Below are positions 20,403 to 30,604 of a stretch of 64,000 bases of DNA, in pieces. How positions within the stretch are numbered: the stretch's first letter is position 1; every line of letters starts with the position of its first letter. Source of the DNA: Candidatus Latescibacterota bacterium (GTDB taxonomy: Bacteria > Latescibacterota > UBA2968). The position numbers and the translations under genes were made by a program. The stretch lies in NCBI GenBank assembly GCA_965222605.1, contig OZ244960.1, forward strand, positions 1,088,001-1,152,000, read 5' to 3'. The notes beneath the pieces were generated by a model. That model saw only the letters and a list, made by a program, of their open reading frames with translations, did no database searches and was not told where the DNA came from.

Positions 20403-21644
20403 TCAACTCCACAGCCTGTCATTCACCTGTTCCTCATTCCACGCATCTGTCGGTTCAAAATAGCCGGGCAAATTGGGATTAATGTGTTCTTTAATCGCCT
20501 CTTCATTCAAATCAACGCCGAGTCCGGGCGCGTCGGGCACCTGAATATAACCATTTTGAATAATGGGATTGGGCAAGCCCGTAACGAGCGTATTCCACGG
20601 CGGATAATCAACGGCGTGACATTCCAGAACCAGAAAATTATTTGTCGCAGCGGCGCAATGCACGCTCGCCATCGTCGCAACTGGCGTCGCCGCCATGTGC
20701 AGCGCCATCGCAATACCGTGTTCTTCCGCGTAATCGCCAATCCGTTTGGTCTCGAGAATACCCCCCGATGTGGCGAGATCCGGGTGAATAACGGAAACAG
20801 CTTTGTTATCGATCAGCGGCTTGAAATGTTCCAAAAGATAAATATCTTCACCCGTACAAACCGGGGTCGCCGTTGCGTTTTTGAGGCGCACCCATTGATC
20901 GGTAAGTTGCCAGGGAATCATATCTTCCAGCCATGCGAGATTGAACCGCTCGAGTGCGCGCGCAAGGCGAATACACGACTCCACATTGATATGTCCAAAG
21001 TGATCCGCAGACAGGGGAATCTCATACCCCACAATATCGCGCACGACTTCCACATATCGAACGAGAATATCGATACCCTTATCGGTGAACTGAATACCCG
21101 TAAAAGGATGCATAACCTGCGTGGTTTTCAGCATACCCGCAGGAGAGGACACCGTGCCCGGAATATCCTTGAGCAAACGCACACCAATATCCATCTTGAG
21201 AAAAGTAAAACCACTCTCCATGCACGCTTTCAAGCGATTGCCCATTTCTTCGGGATCCGGCGTTGTGGGGGTGTCGCAATAGATGCGGATCTGATCGCGG
21301 AATTTCCCGCCTGCAAGCTGATAACAGGGCACGCCATAAGCTTTGCCCGCCAGATCCATCAACGCCATCTCCACGCCGCACACGCCGCCACCCTGCCGCG
21401 CATGCCATCCGAACTGTTTGATCTTGCGAAATAATTTATCCACATTGCAGGGATTTTCACCCAAAAGCTGGCGTTTCAGTTGCAAAGCGTAAATATGGCT
21501 GGCCCCATCGCGCACCTCTCCCAAACCGTAGATACCCTGATTGGTATCCAGGCGAATGAGCGTAGAGCGCATAGGCACACCGGAAATATTGACAACGCGC
21601 ATATCGGTAATTCTGAGATCTGATGGGGACGAGTGGGTATTCAT
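20403..21644 (-). CDS. mandelate racemase / muconate lactonizing enzyme family protein
   Basis: Start re-called to MNTHSSPSDLRITD (RBS AGGAG); GVEMALMDLAGK, WLED, CTGED, PDAPGLGVD. Confidence 0.9.
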   Translation of the reverse strand: MNTHSSPSDLRITDMRVVNISGVPMRSTLIRLDTNQGIYGLGEVRDGASHIYALQLKRQLLGENPCNVDKLFRKIKQFGWHARQGGGVCGVEMALMDLAGKAYGVPCYQLAGGKFRDQIRIYCDTPTTPDPEEMGNRLKACMESGFTFLKMDIGVRLLKDIPGTVSSPAGMLKTTQVMHPFTGIQFTDKGIDILVRYVEVVRDIVGYEIPLSADHFGHINVESCIRLARALERFNLAWLEDMIPWQLTDQWVRLKNATATPVCTGEDIYLLEHFKPLIDNKAVSVIHPDLATSGGILETKRIGDYAEEHGIAMALHMAATPVATMASVHCAAATNNFLVLECHAVDYPPWNTLVTGLPNPIIQNGYIQVPDAPGLGVDLNEEAIKEHINPNLPGYFEPTDAWNEEQVNDRLWS

Positions 21645-21669
21645 AAAAATCTCCTGTACCTTCTTAATA

Positions 21670-22875
21670 TCACGGTCGCATGGGCGACCCATCCGGCGCC
21701 CGCGTTTGCGTCCACTGAATAATCTCATCTTCGGGCGGATATTTTGCAGCGAGATCTTCGTCAATATCAATGCCCAGACCGGGATTATCATTGGGATACA
21801 TATAGCCTTCGCGCACCTCGGGCAAACCGGGAAATATATCATAGACGAGATCATTGAAACGGCACCACTCCTGAATACCGAAATTGGGCGCCCACAGGTC
21901 GAGGTGCAAATTGGCCGCGTGACCAACAGGTGATGTATCGCCGGGACCATGCCACGCGGTTCGCACATTGTACATATTGGCAAATGCTGCGACATTGCGC
22001 GCAGGAGTAATACCACCCATTTGGCTGACATGCATGCGAATAAAATCAATGAGTCGATCTTGAATGAGGGGCATCCACTCGTGCGGATGATTAAAAAGTT
22101 CGCCCATCGCCAGAGGCGTGGCGCACTGCGCGCGCATGTGGTGAAAATACGCATTGTCTTCCGGCGCGAGTGCGTCTTCCAAAAAGAAAAGTTTGCAAGG
22201 CTCCACATCTTTGGCAAACTGGATGGCGTCAATCGGGCGCAAACGCTCGTGAATATCGTGCAAAAGCTCGACTTCAGGCCCGATTTCAGCGCGCACATAT
22301 TCGATCATATCGCACATGCGACGGCAATATTCTCGCGGGTGATAATAAGCACCATCGGGCGCACCATCGGGTTTTTGAATCGCATCTGATTGCCCTCCAT
22401 ACCCGCCCATCTGCACGCGAATGTGACGATATCCCTGTGCCATGTAGTGACGCACGCTATCCACTACTTCATGCTTATCGCGCCCATTGGCGTGTGCATA
22501 CGTATCTGCTGCCTCTCGACACTTCCCACCCAAAAGTTGATACACGGGCATGCCCGCGCGTTTGCCCTTAATATCCCACAACGCCTGATCTATCCCCGAT
22601 ATGGCATTATTGAGCACAGGGCCATTGCGCCAGTACCCATTGACCATGCTCATTTGCCAGATTTCCTCAATGCGATCCACATCGCGTCCTATAACAAAGG
22701 GCTTGAGATGTTTCTCAATAGCCGTATGCACCGCGTGAAATCTCTGCGTAAATGTCGCACACCCCAACCCGTAAAGTCCGGGCTCTGACGTAATGATTTT
22801 GACAATAACAAGCCGTGAGCCCGCAGGCTGTGTCACAATGGTCTTGATGTCTTTGATTGTTACATTTTTTGACAT
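21670..22875 (-). CDS. enolase-superfamily acid-sugar dehydratase (RspA/ManD-like)
   Basis: YWRNGPV, DQALWDIKGK, LLHDIHERL, FLED, MGELF, WHGPGD. Confidence 0.9.
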   Translation of the reverse strand: MSKNVTIKDIKTIVTQPAGSRLVIVKIITSEPGLYGLGCATFTQRFHAVHTAIEKHLKPFVIGRDVDRIEEIWQMSMVNGYWRNGPVLNNAISGIDQALWDIKGKRAGMPVYQLLGGKCREAADTYAHANGRDKHEVVDSVRHYMAQGYRHIRVQMGGYGGQSDAIQKPDGAPDGAYYHPREYCRRMCDMIEYVRAEIGPEVELLHDIHERLRPIDAIQFAKDVEPCKLFFLEDALAPEDNAYFHHMRAQCATPLAMGELFNHPHEWMPLIQDRLIDFIRMHVSQMGGITPARNVAAFANMYNVRTAWHGPGDTSPVGHAANLHLDLWAPNFGIQEWCRFNDLVYDIFPGLPEVREGYMYPNDNPGLGIDIDEDLAAKYPPEDEIIQWTQTRAPDGSPMRP

Positions 22876-22932
22876 ATCTACTCCGCTTAGAGAACTCTGT
22901 CTTAGAATAGGTTAAAAAAGAAAAGGCTTGAT

Positions 22933-23172
22933 TTAAACCAAAGCCTTTTGTGTATTTGAGAAACCCCCAACCTCAACAGATACGGCATCAAACCGCTCAT
23001 CGCCGGGGCGATAAGATAGCAATTCTATGCCAATGGGCTGCCCGCTCGTTTCATCTTTAATGATAATAATGCCATCGCCAATTTCCGTACACAGTTGATT
23101 TTTGCGAGGTGACTGCCAGTAGATTGTCAGCAACTCGGCCTCAGCCTCATAGAATACCTTGACCTGGGCCAT
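22933..23172 (-). CDS. DUF2283-like antitoxin
   Basis: VKVFYEAEAELLTIY...GQPIGIELL; overlaps the 3' end of the upstream toxin-like gene. Confidence 0.75.
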   Translation of the reverse strand: MAQVKVFYEAEAELLTIYWQSPRKNQLCTEIGDGIIIIKDETSGQPIGIELLSYRPGDERFDAVSVEVGGFSNTQKALV

Positions 23173-23470
23173 ATACGCGCCTCCCTTCTTTGATTGCATC
23201 CGTTCTGTAAGCCGTAATGATAAAACCTTCCCCATTTAGACGACGTACAACAACGACCATCCAATACTTTTCTTTTTTACCATAAAATAACAGAATGTTT
23301 TCATCTCTACTACTTTCGCGCACTTCAATAGGATCTCTCAACGTATTTTTTATTTTGTCAATCCTATCCTCAATATCGGGATGTTTTGAGACAATTTTTT
23401 GCCAATATCCACGATTTGTACGAACTGTAAATCCCAGTGGTGTTAAAATAGTAAAAAGAAGGTCATTCAT
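23147..23470 (-). CDS. DUF4258/RelE-fold toxin-like protein
   Basis: WQKIVSKHPD, LRDPIEVRES, VVVVR...GFIITAY. Confidence 0.75.
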   Translation of the reverse strand: MNDLLFTILTPLGFTVRTNRGYWQKIVSKHPDIEDRIDKIKNTLRDPIEVRESSRDENILLFYGKKEKYWMVVVVRRLNGEGFIITAYRTDAIKEGRRVYGPGQGIL

Positions 23471-23566
23471 AAATATAACGGGTTAGAGGAACGGTGTCAG
23501 CCCATAATGATGTTATAGCAACCGCTCTTTTTTTTACGATGAGAATGCAGTATTTGATAGCCATTC

Positions 23567-24607
23567 CTATAGACCCTTGGGCAACGCGAGGTCAAAGCGC
23601 CTTGCGGCTTCGCGGAGTTTTTCCGCCGTGCCCACCGGAATGGGAATACCATCGGCAGAGCGTTGGGCAAGGGTGCGATTTTCGGGTTCGCCGGGCATGA
23701 GAATATCGTCAAAGCCATCTGCTCTGGGCAGTACTTTGAGTTCATCAATCAGATTATCGACGTGGTCTTTATAATCGTCCAGATCAATAAAAAAGGAAAT
23801 ATCAATCGCCGCGACAATGCCGTTTTGCTTTCTCGAATTTTCGCCCCCGCGCAATACGGGAACAAGCAGAGGATTATCGGCCATCAAACTGGACAAACAC
23901 TGAAAAATCAGCGCCAGGCCCGATCCCTTGGGACCACCAGCCGGGCGCAGGATAACGCCCTTACGCGCATCCGTCGTCGGATTGCCCGCAGCATCGAGTG
24001 CCCAGTCTTCGCCCAGCGGCACGCCCTTGTCCTGCGCGAGTTGAAGTTTGCCACCCGCTGCCACACTGGTCGCCATATCGAGGCTGATAGGATCGCGTTT
24101 ATTTCCCGGAACCGCAACAGCTATCGGGCTATTGTGTACGCCCGCTGCCTTCGCGCCAAAAGGTGCCATATTCGGCGGGCTACAAACAATGGCAATACCC
24201 GCAAAACCCTCCTGTGCCGCCATCAAAGAATAATAAGCCATCGCGCCCTGATGCGTGACATCGCTGAGCAACACCCATCCAATACCCACATTTTTGGCCT
24301 TCTCAATGGCCTTTTTCATCGCGGGAACAGTCGCCACAGGCCCAAGAGCGCGGTCACACGCAATATGAGCAACCGCTGGCGATTCTTTGACAACGCGAAT
24401 ATCGGGCTGGGGATTCATCGCGCCCGTTTTGATATTGTCGAGATACGTAATGACGCGCAAAACCCCGTGTGAATCAACCCCGCGCAGATTCGCCCAAATG
24501 AGCACTTCTGCTTCTATAGCGGCATCTTCGGGTGGCAGGCCCGCGTTTTCAAAAACGGATTGGATAAACGGTTCGAGATGTTCTGCGCGAATGCGAATGT
24601 CCGACAT
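23567..24607 (-). CDS. Ldh_2 family (malate/L-lactate/sulfolactate dehydrogenase-like) oxidoreductase
   Basis: NLRGVDSHG, DMATS, GGPKGSGL, MPGE. Confidence 0.92.
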   Translation of the reverse strand: MSDIRIRAEHLEPFIQSVFENAGLPPEDAAIEAEVLIWANLRGVDSHGVLRVITYLDNIKTGAMNPQPDIRVVKESPAVAHIACDRALGPVATVPAMKKAIEKAKNVGIGWVLLSDVTHQGAMAYYSLMAAQEGFAGIAIVCSPPNMAPFGAKAAGVHNSPIAVAVPGNKRDPISLDMATSVAAGGKLQLAQDKGVPLGEDWALDAAGNPTTDARKGVILRPAGGPKGSGLALIFQCLSSLMADNPLLVPVLRGGENSRKQNGIVAAIDISFFIDLDDYKDHVDNLIDELKVLPRADGFDDILMPGEPENRTLAQRSADGIPIPVGTAEKLREAARRFDLALPKGL

Positions 24608-24777
24608 GGCATTCCTTTCTGGTATAGGTTATCAGCCCCAACCTCCCAACACTGACTACTTAGAAACCTTGACTTTGAGATTTTTATGCGCTATGCTGTC
24701 TGACAAATTAGGTTCACCTTTATGAAGCGTCAAGATAATCTCAACAGTCAAAAAGAAAAACAACTTCTGGAGGGCTT

Positions 24778-26337
24778 ATGAAACAGTGTTTTGAACATTA
24801 TCGGACATTGCGAAAAGAGATGGATGCGTGGTTAGATCAAAGCAGGCTCATGGATCCGCCGAGCAAGCATGGTGGAGGCGAAGACGAAGCGAACTATTCG
24901 CTGGCGTGGTTCCCCCACTATCTCATCACCGGGAATGACGGGGTGCGGGAACACTTTGAACACCTGCGCGATATGCTGGCCGGATGGGTGGAACGGGACT
25001 GCCTGCACGGTTATGAACCCGAAGCCGAAGCCCATCACGGAACCGAACCTTTTCTGCTCTTTTTGCCGCGTTACCTGGGATTATTTCCCGAAGATGAAAA
25101 AGCAAATGTGCTACTACAAGACGCAGCCGAACACATCGGCAACTGGGTTGAAGGCATTCCCGAATGGTTTGACTGGGAGCGCAATCGGTTTTACGGATAT
25201 TATATTGGCACGCGCACAGTTGGGCGAGACGATGGCTTTGACACCGAAATTGCCGAACACTTCCGCTTTGTCCACATTGCCCTGGCCGCACACAGAATGA
25301 CGGGACAAGACCGATATCGGGACTGGGCTTTGCAATACGGCAAGCGTCGGGCAGAAATGATTGTCGCCATACCAGATGGTCGCTTGCCCATTGCCTGGGA
25401 TGCAAATGGACAACCGAGATTTGGCAAGCAGGCGACTGGAGAACAAAAAAAGGCGGCACAAGCCGGGCATCACGTCCCTGGCGATCCGCTCATCGGAGTC
25501 GAAGTCCTGCTGGCTTCCGGCGTCATATACGCTCTGGGCGATCTGTTCGAAGCATCGGGTGACGCTGTATTTCACCAGGCAGCGCGGCGAATTGCAGAAC
25601 CAATGGTCAACGAATTGCTGGACCCGTATTCAGACCCAGGCGCAGCGGCGATCTCCTATTTTCGGCGGCAGTTTGCCGATGCCTCTCTGGATGAGGCAAT
25701 TCGGGCGCAAATCGCGCGTTTTCCCAACATGCAAGAAGGCGAACTGGCCATGGTCTTCCCGCAGGCGCACCGCCGCGATTGGCCCGGCGTGGGCAAGCGC
25801 AACGACATGACCTATTGGGGAATATGGAATGGCGATGGCTCCGTAACGCCAACAACAGAGCCGAGCACTGCGGCACTAACGCTGGCCTATCAAGTGACAA
25901 GTGATGAAAGCTATGCCGAACGCGCATTAAAGCAAGCGGCAGATAAGCTGATGATGGCGCGTCGGGTGCTGCGCGGTGGTCGAGAACACGCCGATATGGG
26001 TGGCGCGGTCTGTTCGACAGCGGCCGGACACGGACGCAACTGGGGCATTGGACCCGTGACCGGATGTTACGGCCCATTGCTTTTGGGCACGCGAGAAGTA
26101 AAAAGCAAAGTGACGCCAACAGTCGAAGTGAAACACGCCAATGGCGAGCGCGGCATTCCCCATCAAATCCTTCCGCTTGTGATCCATTCGGGAACAGATG
26201 TGGATGGCGTGATGTTTTACAATGGCGGAGATTCAGATATCTCATTTTCGTGGCGTTTTGAGGACAATGGGTGGCAGGTTCTCACCGTGGAAGCCGACGC
26301 AGTTGCCAATTGTGGTGTGACAGGAGTAATGGCATGA
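24778..26337 (+). CDS. hypothetical protein, probably helical barrel
   Basis: 519-aa ORF with RBS GGAGG, first gene of a catabolic operon, ATGA-coupled to the next gene. Confidence 0.75.
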   Translation: MKQCFEHYRTLRKEMDAWLDQSRLMDPPSKHGGGEDEANYSLAWFPHYLITGNDGVREHFEHLRDMLAGWVERDCLHGYEPEAEAHHGTEPFLLFLPRYLGLFPEDEKANVLLQDAAEHIGNWVEGIPEWFDWERNRFYGYYIGTRTVGRDDGFDTEIAEHFRFVHIALAAHRMTGQDRYRDWALQYGKRRAEMIVAIPDGRLPIAWDANGQPRFGKQATGEQKKAAQAGHHVPGDPLIGVEVLLASGVIYALGDLFEASGDAVFHQAARRIAEPMVNELLDPYSDPGAAAISYFRRQFADASLDEAIRAQIARFPNMQEGELAMVFPQAHRRDWPGVGKRNDMTYWGIWNGDGSVTPTTEPSTAALTLAYQVTSDESYAERALKQAADKLMMARRVLRGGREHADMGGAVCSTAAGHGRNWGIGPVTGCYGPLLLGTREVKSKVTPTVEVKHANGERGIPHQILPLVIHSGTDVDGVMFYNGGDSDISFSWRFEDNGWQVLTVEADAVANCGVTGVMA

Positions 26338-27311
26338 AATATCGCACACTGGGGCAGACTGGCCTCGAGGTATCGGAAATTGGATTGGGCGCCTTTCCCA
26401 TCTCTGGAAGACAACAGCGAGCAGATGGAAGCATTGAGGTGTGGTCGGGCACAAGCGATGCAGAATCCATCGCGCTGATCCATCGCTGTGAAGAACTCGG
26501 TGTGAATTTAATCGATTCTGCGGAAGGCTATGGCGACGGGCACAGTGAAGAACTCGTTGGACAAGCACTGCAAGGACGGCGAGATAAATGGATCATTGCG
26601 ACCAAAGTGCAGCCAAACCGGGACATCGACCAAAACGATGAAAAATCAGTACACAACCGGATTGTCGAAGCCTGCGAAAACAGCTTGAAACGCATGCAAA
26701 CGGATTTTATCGACATTTATCAACTGCACGCGATTCCGCACGAATGGGCCATGCCCGCCGTGATGAAAACCCTTGAAAAATTGCAACGAGAAGGCAAAGT
26801 CCGGTGGTACGGTATCTCGACCAACAATCGAGAAGCCATTGATAAACTACGGGTATTGGGCCCCATCCACATTTTGCAGATCGGATACAACTTGTTGGAG
26901 CGCAGTGCCGATACGTTATTGCATTGGGCAAAAGAACAGAAAATAGGCACACTGATTCGCGTGCCCCTGGCAAAAGGCCAATTGACCGGAAAATACTTTG
27001 GACAGAATGCCGAGCAAATACCGCAAAACGATTTGCGATACGAGCGATTTCAGCGTCCCGAGGTGCAAGAGGGATTAAAAAAATTGCCCGAACTCCTGTT
27101 TTTGCAAACACCGCAGCGAACCATGGCACAGGCATCTCTGCGTTTTGTATTGGATCACCCCGGCGTTTCATGCGTCATTGCCGGCGCAAAAAACCGACAA
27201 CAAGTTGACGACAACACAGCGGTATCAGAGATGTCACCGCTCACGCAAGAAGAATTGGATCGCGCCCTTCCCATCGCAGATGCGATTGGCACAGCAGGGT
27301 GGATAGGATGA
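26334..27311 (+). CDS. aldo/keto reductase
   Basis: MKYRTLGQTGLEVSEIGLG, IDSAEGYG, IATK, IDIYQLH. Confidence 0.93.
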   Translation: MKYRTLGQTGLEVSEIGLGAFPISGRQQRADGSIEVWSGTSDAESIALIHRCEELGVNLIDSAEGYGDGHSEELVGQALQGRRDKWIIATKVQPNRDIDQNDEKSVHNRIVEACENSLKRMQTDFIDIYQLHAIPHEWAMPAVMKTLEKLQREGKVRWYGISTNNREAIDKLRVLGPIHILQIGYNLLERSADTLLHWAKEQKIGTLIRVPLAKGQLTGKYFGQNAEQIPQNDLRYERFQRPEVQEGLKKLPELLFLQTPQRTMAQASLRFVLDHPGVSCVIAGAKNRQQVDDNTAVSEMSPLTQEELDRALPIADAIGTAGWIG

Positions 27312-27326
27312 ATCAGGAGGATTATC

Positions 27327-28466
27327 ATGAAAATCACCGCATTAAAAACATTCATTGCGCCCACAACGGGAAATTTTTTCGTCAAAGTCGAAACAGACGA
27401 AGGCATTTACGGCCTGGGAGAAGCGGGCGTAATACGTCGCGGAACCGCGATAGCCGAAGTGATCCGTTCGTTTTCACCAGACGTTATCGGGCAAGACCCC
27501 TTTCGGATCGAGCATTTGTGGCAGGTCATGTTTCGCGGCGGATTTTTCCCCGGCGGCGTCGTACAATCATCGGCAGTAAGCGCCGTTGATATCGCGCTTT
27601 GGGATATCAAAGGCAAAGCCCTGGGCGTACCTGTCTATGAACTACTGGGCGGAAGAACCCGCGACAAAGTGGCGTGTTATCCGCATATTGGCGACCGGAA
27701 CAATATCGATCGGCTGGTCGCAAATTGTAAGCAACGACAGGAGGAAGGCTGGAAATTTGCCCGATGGAGCATGAGCGATCCCACAGACCCCAATGTATTT
27801 GAGCCTTCGCGTGCCGTGCGCTACGGCATCGAACAGGTAAAAGCCGTGCGCGAAGCATGTGGCGATGAACTGGAAATCTGCGTGGATGTTCACACGCGAC
27901 TGGATCCCGCCTGGGTCATTGCATATTGCAAAGGCGTGGAACCCTATCGTCCATTTTTTATCGAAGACCCATTGCGCAGTGAAAGCACACAGAGCCTGCG
28001 CCTCGTGCGACAAAATACGCATCTGCCCTTAGCCATTGGCGAACAATTCGATAGCAAGTGGAAATTTCAGCAGGTGATCGAAGAGGACCTAATGGACTAT
28101 TGTCGTGTTGATCTCTGCATTGCCGGTGGTTTGACCGAAGCCAAAAAAATCGCGGGCTGGTGCGAGACACATTATATTAATCTGGCTCCCCACAATCCGC
28201 TGGGACCCGTGTCAACAGCCGCCTGTTTGCACCTGTGTTTATCCTCTTCTCTCGTCGGCGTGCAAGAATTGCCCAGACCTCCCATGAGTACCTTGACAGA
28301 TGTGTTTCCCAAACAAATGCCCTACGCCAACGGACATCTGCTCGTCCCCGAAGGGCCGGGATTGGGCATTGAATTAAACGAAGACGCGCTCACAGACATG
28401 GCCCCTCCCGAGCCATCTACAGGATCGGGTTTCCGCCGCGAAGACGGATCGTACACAAATTGGTAA
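27327..28466 (+). CDS. mandelate racemase family (galactonate dehydratase-like)
   Basis: DIALWDIKGK, VDVH, FIEDP, IGEQ, APHNPLGP. Confidence 0.92.
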   Translation: MKITALKTFIAPTTGNFFVKVETDEGIYGLGEAGVIRRGTAIAEVIRSFSPDVIGQDPFRIEHLWQVMFRGGFFPGGVVQSSAVSAVDIALWDIKGKALGVPVYELLGGRTRDKVACYPHIGDRNNIDRLVANCKQRQEEGWKFARWSMSDPTDPNVFEPSRAVRYGIEQVKAVREACGDELEICVDVHTRLDPAWVIAYCKGVEPYRPFFIEDPLRSESTQSLRLVRQNTHLPLAIGEQFDSKWKFQQVIEEDLMDYCRVDLCIAGGLTEAKKIAGWCETHYINLAPHNPLGPVSTAACLHLCLSSSLVGVQELPRPPMSTLTDVFPKQMPYANGHLLVPEGPGLGIELNEDALTDMAPPEPSTGSGFRREDGSYTNW

Positions 28467-28487
28467 AAAAACAAAAGGGATTTCACC

Positions 28488-29744
28488 ATGAAAGTGCGAA
28501 TCGGCATCATCGGGTGTGCGCGAATACTAAACGCCCATTTGCGCGGCTATAAAATTCTACAGGAAAATGGTTTTGGCGATCTCTTTCAGATCACGGCTTT
28601 GTGCGCGCGCAAAGAAGAAGACGCCCACCGCTTCCGCAAACGAGGCGAGGGTCTCGGCCCCCGCCCAGCACCGGTTGACGCGCCTGGCGACCCGCTCAAT
28701 GCGCCGCATTCGTTTATCAGTGACCTGCATCCCGATAGCGATACAGAAGTGTACACCAATTACAACGAAATGTTGGAAAAGGGCAAAATCGACGCAGTAA
28801 TCATTCTGACCGGACACGACAACCACCACAGCATCGCCATCGACGCAATGAGAGCCGGCAAACACGTCTCGGTCGAAAAACCAATGGCAATCTCTGTCAA
28901 AGCGGCTCAGCGAATGTGCGAAGTCGCCGACGAAACCGGACAAATCTTGAGCATTGACGAAAACGTGAATTTCAATCCCGCCACCTTGGCCAGCCAATGG
29001 GCTGTAGAAAAGGGCTTGATTGGCGATGTACAAATGCTTTATCGCGGCGTCATTGGATTTCGCAATTCGCGTCCGGACCTCGTGGCTGCGCGAACGCCCT
29101 GGCGTCAGAGCAAATTGGGCGCGGGCGGAGGTGTTGCCATCGATTTGGGCGTCCACCTTTTTAACGGAGTCCGCACGATTTGTGGTCCCATAAAATCGGT
29201 ACAAGCCCTGTGGCGAACGCTCGAACCTGTGCGCGTCTTGATGTCCGACGACGACCGCGCTATAGTCGATCAAATCGAAAATCAAGTAGATGATGCTTTT
29301 TTTGCCAACTTTGAATTTGAAAACGGCGGCATCGGACATATGGCCGTTTCGAGAAGTGCGCGGGGAACACAGGTCGGCGTACCGGGCGGCACGAATATTT
29401 GGGGCAGCAAGGGAGCGATTTCAGACGGGCAATTATTTGGCGAAGATGGGGAATCGGAAAATGTAGAAGACCGGTTTCAACGAGAAGCCGATACATCGCA
29501 CCTGCGCGAAGTCATGCCGCGCGGAATCACCGATGCATTTGCGCTTGAGAACTTGAACTGGCTGCAAGCCATCGCAAACGGCAAACCCATCCAGATGAGC
29601 GGCGAAGAAGGCACCATCGATCTGGCATTGAGTTATGCAATTCTCGAATCTGGCTTGCTCGGACGCGCCGTCACTTTAGACGAAATGTTAAAAGGTGAGG
29701 TGGAAGGGTATCAGAAAGAGATCAACGATTACTACGGACTATAA
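28488..29744 (+). CDS. Gfo/Idh/MocA family oxidoreductase
   Basis: IGIIGCARI, GKHVSVEKP, DLGVH. Confidence 0.92.
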   Translation: MKVRIGIIGCARILNAHLRGYKILQENGFGDLFQITALCARKEEDAHRFRKRGEGLGPRPAPVDAPGDPLNAPHSFISDLHPDSDTEVYTNYNEMLEKGKIDAVIILTGHDNHHSIAIDAMRAGKHVSVEKPMAISVKAAQRMCEVADETGQILSIDENVNFNPATLASQWAVEKGLIGDVQMLYRGVIGFRNSRPDLVAARTPWRQSKLGAGGGVAIDLGVHLFNGVRTICGPIKSVQALWRTLEPVRVLMSDDDRAIVDQIENQVDDAFFANFEFENGGIGHMAVSRSARGTQVGVPGGTNIWGSKGAISDGQLFGEDGESENVEDRFQREADTSHLREVMPRGITDAFALENLNWLQAIANGKPIQMSGEEGTIDLALSYAILESGLLGRAVTLDEMLKGEVEGYQKEINDYYGL

Positions 29745-29758
29745 CCCTGGATTACGCG

Positions 29759-30520
29759 ATGAAAATCTCACCAGAAAATCGACAACAATTGAATGAGCAG
29801 GGCTATGTGATCATCCCCGATGTACTCTCTGAATCCGAGATATCGCACTATCGGGCACTGCTGCTACACCTCGCCGAACAAGAACGCGAAAAAGGTTCGG
29901 GCCGAGTACATACCAGTGGCAAAGGCCAGCATGTGCGGTGGCTGGTGAACAAGGGAAAACCATTTGAAAAGCTGGTAGCGCATCCCAAAGTCGTGCCCTA
30001 TTTTGAATATATGCTGGGCGAAGATTATACGCTCAGCACACTCACATCAAATGTGATTTATCCGGGCGCCGGAGACAATGCGTTTCACGTCGATAATGCG
30101 CTGGGCAAAATGCCAGAGCCGCTGCCTTCATTCCCGATGTTTGTCAACAGCCTGTGGCTCCTGAACGATTTTACCCCGGAAAACGGGGGCACGCGCTTTG
30201 TGCCCGGCAGCCATCGGTTCTTAAAAAAGCCCCCGCCAACAGATCATCCTCACGCACTATGCCATCCCGACGAGATGCGGCTCTCAGCCCCAAAAGGATC
30301 GGTATTTCTGTTCAATGGCGCAATATGGCACGCCACGGGATCCAACCGAACAGATGACGCCCGCGTGTGTCTCATCTGCTTCTGCTGTCGCTCATTTCTA
30401 AAGCCGATGTTCGATTTTGTACACCACCTCAAACCCGAGGTCGTGGATCGAGCCACGCCGGAGATGAAGCGCATCTACGGATTTAATTCTCAACCCCAGC
30501 CACCGGACGTGCGCGATTAA
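29759..30520 (+). CDS. phytanoyl-CoA dioxygenase (PhyH) family Fe/2OG enzyme
   Basis: HVD...WH facial triad; ENGGTRFVPGSH. Confidence 0.92.
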   Translation: MKISPENRQQLNEQGYVIIPDVLSESEISHYRALLLHLAEQEREKGSGRVHTSGKGQHVRWLVNKGKPFEKLVAHPKVVPYFEYMLGEDYTLSTLTSNVIYPGAGDNAFHVDNALGKMPEPLPSFPMFVNSLWLLNDFTPENGGTRFVPGSHRFLKKPPPTDHPHALCHPDEMRLSAPKGSVFLFNGAIWHATGSNRTDDARVCLICFCCRSFLKPMFDFVHHLKPEVVDRATPEMKRIYGFNSQPQPPDVRD

Positions 30521-30604
30521 ACTGATCTCACAGGCATCAATCGCACCCCCGGTTCGCTGTTGAATCGGGGATATTTTTGGATCATTCAACAAAAGAGACG
30601 AGCC

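Noticed and set aside
21645-22298. 631-aa ORF call extending the mandelate racemase upstream
   Set aside because: The extension overlaps the RspA-like gene in another frame; a good RBS and the family N-terminus put the start at 21644.
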